DNA from: Vairimorpha necatrix
Lineage: Eukaryota
Reading direction: 5' to 3'
Length of the DNA stretch: 64,000 bases
NCBI GenBank assembly: GCA_036630325.1
Contig: CP142731.1
Coordinates: 1 to 64,000 of the forward strand
This document shows, piece after piece, positions 1-12,246 of this stretch (its first letter is position 1; each line of letters starts with the position of its first letter). The notes under the pieces are model-generated. The model saw nothing but the letters and a program-made list of their open reading frames with translations, was not told the origin of the DNA and did no database searches. Made by a program: the position numbers and the translations under genes.

Positions 1-2605
1 ACCTAACCTACCTAACCTACCTACCTACCTAACCTACCTACCTACCTACCTAACCTACCTACCTACCTAACCTACCTACCTACCTACCTACCTAACCTAC
101 CTAACCTACCTAACCTAACCTACCTAACCTACCTACCTAACCTACCTACCTACCTAACCTACCTAACCTACCTACCTAACCTACCTAACCTACCTAACCT
201 ACCTACCTAACCTACCTAACCTAACCTACCTACCTAACCTACCTACCACCTACCTACCTACCTACCTAACCTACCTAACCTACCTACCTAACCTACCTAA
301 CCTACCTACCTACCTAACCTACCTACCTACCTACCTAACCTACCTAACCTACCTACCTACCTAACCTACCTACCTACCTACCTAACCTAACCTACCTACC
401 TACCTACCTACCTAACCTAACCTACCTACCTAACCTAACCTACCTACCTACCTAACCTACCTACCTAACCTACCTACCTACCTAACCTACCTACCTACCT
501 ACCTACCTACCTACCTAACCTACCTAACCTAACCTACCTAACCTACCTAACCTACCTACCTAACCTACCTACCTACCTAACCTACCTACCTAACCTACCT
601 ACCTAACCTACCTAACCTACCTACCTAACCTACCTACCTACCTAACCTACCTAACCTACCTAACCTACCTAACCTACCTAACCTACCTACCTAACCTACC
701 TACCTAACCTAACCTACCTACCTAACCTACCTAACCTAACCTAACCTAACCTACCTAACCTACCTACCTACCTAACCTACCTACCTAACCTACCTAACCT
801 ACCTAACCTACCTACCTACCTAACCTACCTAACCTACCTAACCTACCTAACCTACCTAACCTACCTAACCTACCTACCTAACCTAACCTACCTAACCTAC
901 CTACCTAACCTAACCTACCTACCTAACCTACCTACCTAACCTACCTAACCTACCTAACCTAACCTACCTACCTAACCTACCTACCTACCTACCTAACCTA
1001 CCTACCTAACCTACCTAACCTACCTACCTAACCTACCTAACCTACCTAACCTACCTAACCTACCTACCTACCTACCTACCTAACCTACCTAACCTAACCT
1101 ACCTACCTACCTAACCTACCTAACCTAACCTACCTACCTAACCTACCTAACCTACCTACCTAACCTACCTACCTAACCTACCTAACCTACCTACCTAACC
1201 TACCTAACCTACCTAACCTACCTAACCTAACCTAACCTACCTACCTACCTACCTACCTACCTAACCTACCTACCTACCTACCTACCTACCTAACCTACCT
1301 AACCTACCTACCTACCTAACCTACCTAACCTACCTAACCTACCTACCTAACCTAACCTACCTACCTAACCTACCTACCTACCTAACCTACCTAACCTAAC
1401 CTACCTAACCTACCTACCTACCTAACCTACCTACCTACCTAACCTACCTAACCTACCTACCTAACCTACCTAACCTAACCTACCTACCTAACCTACCTAC
1501 CTAACCTACCTAACCTACCTAACCTAACCTAACCTAACCTACCTACCTACCTAACCTACCTAACCTACCTACCTAACCTACCTACCTACCTAACCTACCT
1601 AACCTAACCTAACCTACTACCTACTACCTAACACCACCTACCTAACCTACCTACCTACCTAACCTAACCTACCTACCTACCTACCTAACCTACCTACCTA
1701 ACCTACTAACCTACCTACCTACCTACCTACCTAACCTACCTACCTAACCTAACCTACCTACCTACTACTACCTAACCTACCTACCTAACCTACCTAACCT
1801 ACCTAACCTACCTACCTACCTAACCTACCTACCTAACCTACCTACCTACCTACCTACCTAACCTAAAACCTACCTACCTACCTACCTAACCTACCTAACT
1901 AACCTACCTAACCTACTACCTAACCTACTAACCTACCTAACCTACCTAACCTACTACCTAACCTAAACCTACTACCTAAACCTACCTACCTACTACCTAA
2001 CTACTAAACCTACCTACTACTACCTAACCTACCTACCTACCTAACCTAACCTACCTACCTAACCTACTAAACCTACTAACCTACCTAACCTACCTACCTA
2101 ACCTACCTAACCTACCTACCTACCTAACCTACCTAACCTACCTAACCTACTACCTACCTACCCTACCTAACCTAACCTAACCTAACCTAACCTAACCTAC
2201 CTAACCTAACCTAAACCTAACCTAACCTACCTAACCTAACTAACCTAACCTACCTACCTAACCTACCTAACCTAACCTAACCTACCTAACCTACCTACCT
2301 AACCTACCTACCTACCTAACCTACCTAACCTACCTAACCTAACCTACCTAAACCTACCTACCTAACCTAACCTAAACACCTACCTAACCTACCTAACCTA
2401 CCTAACTATACCTAACCTACCTAACCTAACCTACCTACCTAACCTACCTAACCTACCTAACCTACTACCTAACCTAACCTACCTACCTACCTACCTACCT
2501 AACCTACCTACCTAACCTACCTACCTAACCTACCTACCTACCCTAACCTACTAACCTACTACCTACCTACCTACCCTAACCTACCTTAACCTACCTTAAC
2601 CTAAC
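1..2605. repeat. Telomeric array, composite (ACCT)n/(AACCT)n on + = (TAGG)n/(TTAGG)n on -
   Basis: The window starts inside a continuous C-rich array of ACCT and AACCT units in irregular order. Variant units (ACT, AAACCT, ACCCT, ACCTT) accumulate from ~1615 inward, and the array ends at ~2605. Confidence 0.97.
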
Positions 2606-2764
2606 ACGTAAGCTTTTAGACCTCAAACCTTTATGAATCTTTTGTTTAAAAAATTTATCACTTTATCAATATGTAACTAAAATAAATAAAAATTGAAAAT
2701 TTTAAGATAAATTTATCTAACTATCTTTATAATTCAATTATTTTTTTTCAGATTAATGATTATA

Positions 2765-2803
2765 TGTTATACTTTTATTTATTAGGAAAGTTCAACCTTA
2801 ACA
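2765..2803 (-). repeat. 3' mini-LTR (39 bp) of the Gypsy element
   Basis: Minus strand TGTTAAGGTTGAACTTTCCTAATAAATAAAAGTATAACA, directly after the polypurine tract. About 31/39 identical to 5873-5910. Confidence 0.8.
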
Positions 2804-5800
2804 TCCCCCCCAAACGGGTAGTCTTACGTTAAAAGCTTCTAATTAATCATTTTTATAATCTTCTAGGTCATAATGTCGTTTTTTAATGTATCTTCCGCTA
2901 TCAGTCCTTACAATAAAAGTATCATTCTCATACTTTCCCATCATTTTACCAACACTTGTAAATCTTCCTTTTGTACTTTTCATCTATTTACCCAAGTTTT
3001 TTATCTTGCGATTCTCACAGCCTGATCTACTTCAAATTTTTCTCTATGCTTTTGTTTAAACTTACTTGCATACACATTCTTTTTATTGTTTTCAATTAAG
3101 ACTTCTTTTCCTTGTTCTTTCCATGCTTCCATTGGTGTACATTTAATCGCTGTGTGTAGAGTGTTATTATAGGTTCTTGCAGCTTGTTCTAGTTTTTCCT
3201 CTGGGTTTCCTTCTTTTTTAATGATCATCGATTCCCTCATTGTTCAAATACATCGTTCTATTCTTCAATTACTCCTATGAGCTTCTAAACCTACTTTCCA
3301 TTGCATAATTTCGTTTTCTATACACCAAGTTACAAAATTCTTACTAAAAATTCCTTATGTTTTCCGTAATATATTCATCTAGGTATCTATCTCAAATATC
3401 CATTTTATAAAGTTTTAGACTAATTTCACTATCATTATTTTCTATCTTTGCGTCACATATTCTTGTTCTAAGTAGTCCATCCCTAATAGCACGTATCTTT
3501 CTATTTGCCAAATATCCAATACGTTAGAAAGTTTTTTAAATTTCTTAAATATTGTTACTTAATTGCTACCTCCCATCGTTTTTCTATTATTAATGCTACA
3601 TACTTCACAATTTTTTAGTGTTGTGGTTATCTGGTACTTCATACCGGACCAGTACCATCTTTGTTTAATCTTATAATGTGTTTCCTTAACTCCTCGATGA
3701 TTTAATTCCTCATGAACTCTACGAATTTCTGTACTCACTTATTTCTTCCTGTTGTATTTATGAATTACTCCTGTTGAGAACTTCCAAAAGTTTTTTCCTC
3801 TTCTAACCATGCGCTTTATTTCTTTCCTTTTCATCTATTTTTAGCCCGTTTCTACTTTCGCTGCTTTCTTTCACTTCGTTATTTTAAAATCTCTACTAAG
3901 AGCATCCACATACGTCATCCATTCGCCTTTTACATATTCAATAGTAGAATCATACTCTTGTATATATTATATCTATCTATTAATTATGTAATTATTGAAA
4001 AACGGTTTGTTTCTAATCATGGCCAGTCCTTTATGATTTGTCATTTATTGAAATTTACTTCCACCCAAATCTGACTCGATTTTCTTTATTCCAAATAAGG
4101 CTGCCAACATCTCTTTTTCACTAATCGTATACTTTTTATCTGTTGGTGTTATCATTTTTGATGCTCATTGTATCTGAATCCACCTTCCTTCTTTGTCTTC
4201 TTGCAATAGTATGGCTCCAATTCCCGTATCGTATGCATCTGTTCTTACTCTACACATTTTTTTTCTATCTACTATTTTTAAAATTTTAATTATCTTTAAA
4301 CCCTCTTTGATATCATAAAAGCTCTTTCCATATCTTCGGACCATTCCCATTATACATCTTTTTTTAGTGCTTCTGTAAGAAACGCTGACCGATAAGCATA
4401 ATGGGGAATAAAATTTCTTGATCAGCCTGCCCGTCCCTCAAATTCTCTAAGCTCATTTATGTTGTTAGGCCTTCTGTATTCTTTTGTCACTCGGAATTTA
4501 TTTTCCTTTGGTTTAATTTCTTCTCCGTAAATTGTTACTACAATAATTTTACTTCTCCTTTATATTGTATCTTTTTTAGTTTCTTTTAAACCATATTCTT
4601 AGAATTTTCGAAATATTTGTTTTAATAAATTATCGTGTATATTACTATCACTTACATGAATAATAATATCATCCATGTATACCTCATAACTTATCTAAAA
4701 CCCCGTTCATCACTCTTTGCATAATATATGGAGTATTTTTAAATCCCATTACCATGCTATTTCATCTGTAAACTCTAACATTTATCTCAAAAGTTCTCTT
4801 CTGTTTTTGAGCTTTTTCAATTTCTATATGATAGAATCCTTACTTTAGGTCTATAACCATAAATACTTTAGAACCTTGCGTTGCCCTAATAATGTCTCTA
4901 ATCAATGGCAATTCATACGGATCTTTTTAAACCAGTTCGTTTAAAGCCATCAAATCGAATACCGATCTCACTTCACTATTTGGTTTTTCTATGGGCTTTA
5001 TTAGGCTTCTCCATTCGCTCTTTGTCCTTCTGATAATACCTCTACTTTCTAATAAATTAATATACTTTTCTAACTTTTCTCGGAGTTTATAAGGAATATT
5101 TTGTTCCTTTTTAACTACTTTTACTCAATGTTTTGTTTTGATAGAACATTTTCTCCCGGTAAAGTATTTTATTTTCCCTTTGTCTTTTCCTAATACCTCA
5201 GGAAATTTTCCTTCCAATTCTTCATATTTATTAATATTTTTTCTTCTTTTATCTTGATTTGTATTTTTTATATAAAAACTGTTTCTTGAGTTCTTTCTTC
5301 CTACCTCCACTGGTAGTCTCAATTTAAAATCATTTCCTTTTAATATTTTCACTTTACTATAATCACGAATGCCAAAATATTTTTCACTTTTAATTTCATT
5401 ATTCTCTTCCTGCCTTCCTTTACGCTCCATACAACCTCTAGCTATATGTATATTTCTTCCACATATAAAACAATGTTTTCCTTCTCGTCTTTGATATTGA
5501 AAGTTTCTTCCTGGCACTGCTACAGTCCTAGTCAGATCTCTTTTTTTTTCTCTTTTTAATTTTTCTTTCATACCTCTACCTTTTCTTTTAGTTCTCTACA
5601 CCTTATTTTTTCCTTGTTCTTATTCTCTTTCTCTTCACAACTAATTTATCAATTTCATCAATAATATCATTCCAATTTATCATACTAATTAAATTTTTAT
5701 CAATAATAAAATTTTGAAGTTCAGTAATTACTTGTTTCGCCATTTCGTTGTCAAATCTTGTACATCTTTTTGCATTATGATGATTGTCTCACTCTTCGAG

Positions 5801-5872
5801 CTTCTTTTAGTAATTTATTGTTCTCTTAAACATGGCTCTCACTTGTTAACCTTTCGTATTTTGTGTTCGCCA

Positions 5873-5910
5873 TGTTATACATTTATCTAATAAGAGGTTC
5901 GACTTTAACA
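5873..5910 (-). repeat. 5' mini-LTR (38 bp) of the Gypsy element
   Basis: Minus strand TGTTAAAGTCGAACCTCTTATTAGATAAATGTATAACA, followed directly by TGGCGAACAC. Confidence 0.8.
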
Positions 5911-8900
5911 ATATAATTAAAACTTAAAGTATTTTTGGTGTAATTCTGCGAATAAATTTATTTAATTAAATATTGTAAAAGTTATAATTACTTCTTTATT
6001 TTGTAATATATATTATTGTAAAAAAAGTCATTTTTGTGTTTTAACATATTTCTTACTGGAAATATTCGTATTACACTAAAAAATAATATTGTTAGATATT
6101 CTACAAATAACTTAAATCTCGAATGCTGTACTATCGCATATATACAGACACAGGAGCATATACTCTATAGGAAAGCTCATGATAACCTCTTTGAATGATA
6201 AAATTAGATCATTATTCAAAGAAAGTAAAATGACGTAATATTTTCGAAACATTACGGACTAGATTCCAGTGATTGTTTGAAATACAATACGAATAACTAA
6301 TTACATTTATTTTTTTTACTATAATTATATGATTTTAAAATAGACCAATGAAAGTAATTTATATTTATCTAAATTTATATGATTTAATTTATTTTTTAAA
6401 AATAAAAAAATTTCGGAAAAAATTGTTTTTTGGAATTTTTTATTGAATATTTCTGCCTACTTAGGAGCTTCAAAGGGATGCGGCTTCTTCTAATGTACAA
6501 TCTTATTTATCTATGTATTTGCCCAACTGTTCAGGAAGTCTTTTATAATTACAAATGATATTGTGTCTATTTTTTATGTTCTCTTTGGGATTCAATTTTC
6601 TATGGTAGAAAATATAATATTTTTAAAATAAGAGGGTGTGTAAATATTGGATAATTGAAAAATACATCCTATAAAAAATTATTTGATTATATGATCATAA
6701 TACCCTAGATATGTTTTTTATACTTTTATATTTCTTTTTATAACCGTTAGATTTAGTTCTTGCTTGATCTATATATAATTTCAATTATGAAAAGAACTAG
6801 TTTGATATATTTGATAACCAGTTAATATTGATAAATTTTTGCGATTCAGATATGTTGTATATTCAAAATTATTGCGTAAAAAATTGCGGATAGTTATAAG
6901 GTAACTTAACATTCTCTATGAAAATGTTTTACTTAATGTGTTATGTTAAAATGAAATTTTATATAATAAAATAATACATGGATTATTAAAAAATTCTAAT
7001 TTTAAATTAAATCATTAGATTGATTTCATTCTACGAAAATCAAAATGTTTATATCAAAAAAACTCATAAAATTTTTTTTGTTTTAATAATTAAAATTTAT
7101 TCTATCAATTTATTATTATATTTTTTTATCAATTAAAATTTATATTAAATATTATTTTATAATTATTAGAAATCGTCTTTCGCATCTATGTTTTTATGAA
7201 ATTGGGTTTATGCATTAAAATATTTTAATTAAACTTTTTTCTGTCATTATTAAAGATAAAAATTGTTTTTTTAATTTATACGCTTTTTCATGATATTATC
7301 CTTAAATTTATATAAATATCTATTAATTAGTTGCATTGGGGTTTGTTTATACTTTTAATTAACCCTCCTTAGCTCTTATTGATTTATATTTTTTTATTCT
7401 TCGGTTAGTGTAAGATATTTTTCAATAAATTTACTAATATTGTATTTATTTTGATTTTATATTTACTATAATTATAGTATTAATAATAAATACTTGGAAT
7501 ATATGATATTTACTAGAAAAATTCACATGAAGAAATACGAAATTCATTTCCAGCCTAGTTTTGTGTATAAATTTACAATTTGTATATATATTGATTATTT
7601 TATTATGTGAAATGTATTTAATATGTTTTCTGGCCATTATTAGATTTATTTCTCAGATATTTATCATTGTTCCCATTGAAATAAATTTTTTTTTATAATA
7701 TTTTTACAGATTATAACCATAAATTTTAAAATACTGTTGTAATAAAGGATAACAGAATGAAATGTCGTTCGTTGTGTTCCTCTATAGATGTTTATATTTT
7801 ATTTTCGTCGTATGTCTTCATGTTTCTTTGAGACTTTAAATTTTTATTTATGAATTTTCTTGATATTATTGGGTTTTATACTACGTTTTTATAATAATTT
7901 TAAAAACTTAAGTTTTCATATAAAAATGAGTTTTTAGATATGAAGAACTCTCCAATGCTTCCTTGCGTTAAATAGTATTTTTTGTTTTACTAAAAGTATG
8001 ATTTAAATCATTTATAAAACTTTATGGAATAATGATTGTAATTTAATAACTTTAATCTACAATTTTCTAAAACCCTCCATGATACGGTTTCTTTTGAAAT
8101 ACAAATATATGAAAATCTTTAATAGATTATTTTTAATATTTTTATAAATTTTTCGTTATTGAATCATATGTTTCTCGTGTAGGTTGAATATATCATCATG
8201 TTTAACAATGTAGGTGTAATATATTGCATTGTTATTTTTCGATTGATATATTATTTTTAAAAAAGATTATGTCGTTATATGTTCTAAAACTATTACTTAT
8301 TCTAATCAGTCGTATGTGTATTATTATGAGCAAAATTTGAAAATATAAAATTCAATTTAATGATCAAAAAATATTATTTTCGTTTTAGTGGTTGAGACTT
8401 CTAGATTTATTAGTCGTGAAAATTTAATTGTATAAAAAGTTTCTTTTTTTTACTTATATAGAATAATTTGAACGTTTAGTTTGAATGTTTTTATTAACTT
8501 TTCTAAAAGAAAATATTTATTTTCAAAACGAGTTTTAGTCCAATATGTTTTTTTTTTTTAAAAAAAAAGTTATCCTACTACTTTAAATAAATTTTCTTTT
8601 AAAATTTTTTTTGTAATATTAACCTCAATTATCTGTATTGAAATTGCATTTCGAAAAATATTAGTTGTTTCAAAGATTTTTATTGGCATTATGTTTATTT
8701 TACTTGTAGATAAATCCTTGTGTATTAAAAATTTATATTGAAGTAAAAATGTTTCTTGACCTTTTCATACTTAGATTTAATCTAACGCTTTTTTTAAACT
8801 ATAGACAATATATAATATCAAAATTAAATTTCAATTTTTCTTCAAAAATATTGACTATAACGTTTATATTCAAATTTTTAATCTAAAAATTTTAAATATC

Positions 8901-11816
8901 TGATAATTATAAGACAAAGAATGAAAATTTTTATTTTATAAGAGGAATTTTTAAGTTTAGTTTTTAAACTAATAATATTTTGTTTTTTTTTGCTAAATAA
9001 TAAAAAATTTTGTTTTTTATTTAAATATGTGTAAATGAATTCTTTATATTCTAAAAATTTAATTTCTTAAAAATAATTTTAATTTTCGAGACTAACGATA
9101 TATAAATATAATTTAGGTATTTCTTTTCCAAGTTCAAATTTGTTTTCTCGAAGTATTACCATTATGTTAATATTTTTATATCCAATTCTAACCTTTAGAC
9201 TTTTTTTTAGATTTTGTAAATAATTTTGAAAACGTCAAGGTGAAATATTATATAGTATTATAATTGAGAAATATTTTCTATTAACATGTTTATAGTGGGT
9301 TTTTTTTAAAATTAAGCTAGTGTTAATCATGTTTGTTTTATGTTATTACTCTTATATTAATTAAAAAAATTTTCTGCTTAAATATATAAATTTTGAAATA
9401 TATATTCCGTTTGCGTGTAACTACGGTATATAAGATTTTTTATAAATATAGCATTTCATAATAAATTCTTAAATGTTATTAACTGTATTGTGTTTATATG
9501 CATTTCTATTCCCCCCCCCGTATTTTTGGTTTTATTTTTTTGCAATATGCGACGCTTTTTTCAAAATCTCGAAACCGTTTTATATACAACAACCTTGTAT
9601 TAAATTGTATGTGCTATTGTTTACATTTAATTATTCATAATTGGAAATTTACTTATTATTTCTTATTATATTATAATATGGAAAATGTATTTAAGTAGGA
9701 TTTCCCAAGGATTTTTGAAATTTAAGCATAAATGTTGTTTCTAAACAAAATTCTTTTTAACGTCACTGAACGATTTTACAATGAATAGGTCTGTTTTTAT
9801 ATTGTTAATTTGAAATAAATTTCTTTAAGGCGTCTAATTATACGTTAAAAAAATGATTTCCCCAATGAATTTATAATTTTACGATAAGTTGAATGAATTT
9901 GGAATTTTTTTCTTTCGTATATAAACTTTTTTTATAATATTTCGTCTTCATACTTAAATTTAAATCTAATTATTATATAAAAATATTTTACTTAACGGAT
10001 TTAGGAAGTATTATATACAACAAAAGAGCGAGTATCAAATATCTAACCGATAGATATTTGAATTGTTTTATTATTTCATTAAAATTAATAATATATTTTT
10101 ATAAATATGATAAAAGTATTAATGATTTTACTTTTTAGAATTTTTTGGTCATAATTTCTAATTTTGTGTGGTCAATATGATTGTAAACAACAAATTAATA
10201 TTTGTGACAATTGTTTTTTACCAACTTCGATTTCAAAAGTCTACAATGTTTTATAATTGAAACTTCTTTAGAATTCTATAAACCAAAAAAATGTAATATA
10301 CGAGGTCAATCTTAATTCGTTTAAAATTTTTATATAATATTTGTTTTCGATTTTTTACCATTAGTAATTATTATACTTAATAACGTGTACATATTGGTCA
10401 TATATAAATATAATATAGTTGATTTTTTAGTATAATTTTCATTTATAAAATCGTCTGATATGTTCTAGATAATTAAAAAAAAACTTCATTGCTTGTGTTA
10501 ATTGTATTTAAATTATACTATATGCAATATTGGGATTTATTTTTGTTTATTTTGGCGTAGATTTTAATATAAAGGAAAATTATATTTCATATAATATCTT
10601 GATCGTATATCTTTATTTTGAATTCTTATGTATTTATCTTGCAAAGCAATATGTATGAATCATATGTATATCTTTTCTTTATAATACCTTTACTATCTAG
10701 TTATAATAAATGAATATTATTTGTATCACTTCTAAAACAGTGCTATATTGATCGTAAAAGAAATTTTATTTGTTTGCTTTCGTATTTATACCAAATGAAA
10801 AAGCGAAAGATCAAATTTAAATTATCTTGTTATTACCTTCGTTGTAAATTTAGATAGATTGTAGAGTTCGTTTTAAAAATATTTTTTCTTATAACCAATA
10901 TGCTCCTTCTTATTTTTCCTTTTTTTCTCTGTTCTTCACAGATAAAACTTTGCTACTTTTAAGTTAGAAGGCTAAAAATATTTTGCTATTAATAACTTCA
11001 TGATTGTGTACTTGCTTCATAGATATTCCTTGCCCTTCATATACAAACTTTTTTTTTAAATTTTATTTTTATTGTAATAATTTTTTAGCCACGTAAGTTA
11101 AAGGTTAATTATTTTGCATGGATAAACACATATTGTAAATTTTTCATTTTTTGTTGTATTATTGGTGTGTTGGAACGTTGTTGGTGAATATTTAATAATA
11201 AACTTCGTCAATGTCCTTATGATGCAATCGTTAATACACGTTTCCAAGAAACCTTTGACTTTAGTTTATCAAATTTGGTTTTTTAACATTTATTTAAATA
11301 CTTTAATGCATATATTTAAATTATTTTAGTATGATTTAGTATCTTATTTCTTGTATATAAATACATCCTAATTTAATAAAAAAATAGATTGTTAGACTAA
11401 ATTATGTGTCTTAAATGATTGATAAATATAGTTCAGACATTTCTTGTAATTAAATCACTCAATGATTGTGTTTTAATTTCTTTTTGAAAGAATCTAATTT
11501 ACTTGTTTGAAAAATATGTTTTTATCTTGAAAAAAGAAATAAATTATCGTTTAATTAACGTATTTGTCCAAAGCCGAATTAATATGTTTAACTTTACATC
11601 AATTTTTTATTTTTATGTCGATTCTGCACATAATGCGTTTCATAATTATTTTATATACAGCAAATTATATACTTACGTACTCATATGAAAAGACAAATAA
11701 ATCTAAATTTCTTAAAATATTAATTATACAGATACATACGTTGGCAACCTCTAAAAAATGTACTAAATTGTGCAAGAAATAATTTTCAAAATAACAATAT
11801 TAATATTTTCTTCAGA

Positions 11817-12188
11817 TGTGTGAGGCTGCAGACCTGCACTGACGAATCTTGTTTATAATTATACAATGATTATTGGTACTGTCAAACGTCTAAGAATATT
11901 GTAAATAAACATTAGACATGTTTGACATTCACAAACTAAAAGTAAGACAAGTGCATGTCACATGAAGTACTACTAATTCAGTAGAACTTCGGTTTCATGT
12001 TTGTTTGATTACATCTCAAAGAGTTTGACAGTTAATCTGATTGACTATTTAAACGGAAATTACCCCTGACCTACAATTCCGATGAGCAGCAAAACAAACA
12101 AATAATATAAATCAATATATAAATTTAGACTCATCACTTCAACTTCGGATCAGGCTTCATGCCGGATATAAGATGTGTAGATACTCCA
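11817..12188 (+). mobile_element. Solo-LTR-like insertion
   Basis: GC-richer 372-bp block bounded by TG...CA and flanked on both sides by TTCAGA (11811-11816, 12189-12194). Contains TATTTAAA...AAATTACCCC, a promoter-like motif, at ~12046-12067. Confidence 0.55.
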
Positions 12189-12246
12189 TTCAGAAAAAAA
12201 ATTATTAATTTGTCATATATTTATTTCTTGTTTTTATGTTTAATTC

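Larger units (their letters stand above)
2765..5910 (-). mobile_element. Degenerate Ty3/Gypsy LTR retrotransposon with ~38-39-bp LTRs
   Basis: Minus strand shows, in order: Gag zinc knuckle CFICGRNIHIARGC; RT motifs IDLK*GFYHI, MVMGFKNTP and YMDD (~4670); RNase H TDAYDTGIGAILLQ; integrase HEELNHRG...CEVC and YNNTLHTAIKCTP. RT-RH-INT order is Gypsy. Direct repeats at 2765-2803 and 5873-5910 (TGTTA...TAACA), PPT GGGGGGGA at 2804-2811, PBS-like TGGCGAAC next to the 5' LTR, flanks TTATA/ATATA. Many stops and frameshifts. Confidence 0.92.

Noticed and set aside
1-2605. Repeat array as CRISPR or coding repeat
   Set aside because: It has no spacers, only 4-5-bp units at the sequence end, which is a telomere pattern.
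7446-11782. Short 60-72-aa ORFs in the track
   Set aside because: Low-complexity I/F/K/N/Y composition, several non-ATG starts and no CCC context, as expected by chance in AT-rich DNA. 7446-7637 could at most be a pseudogene fragment.
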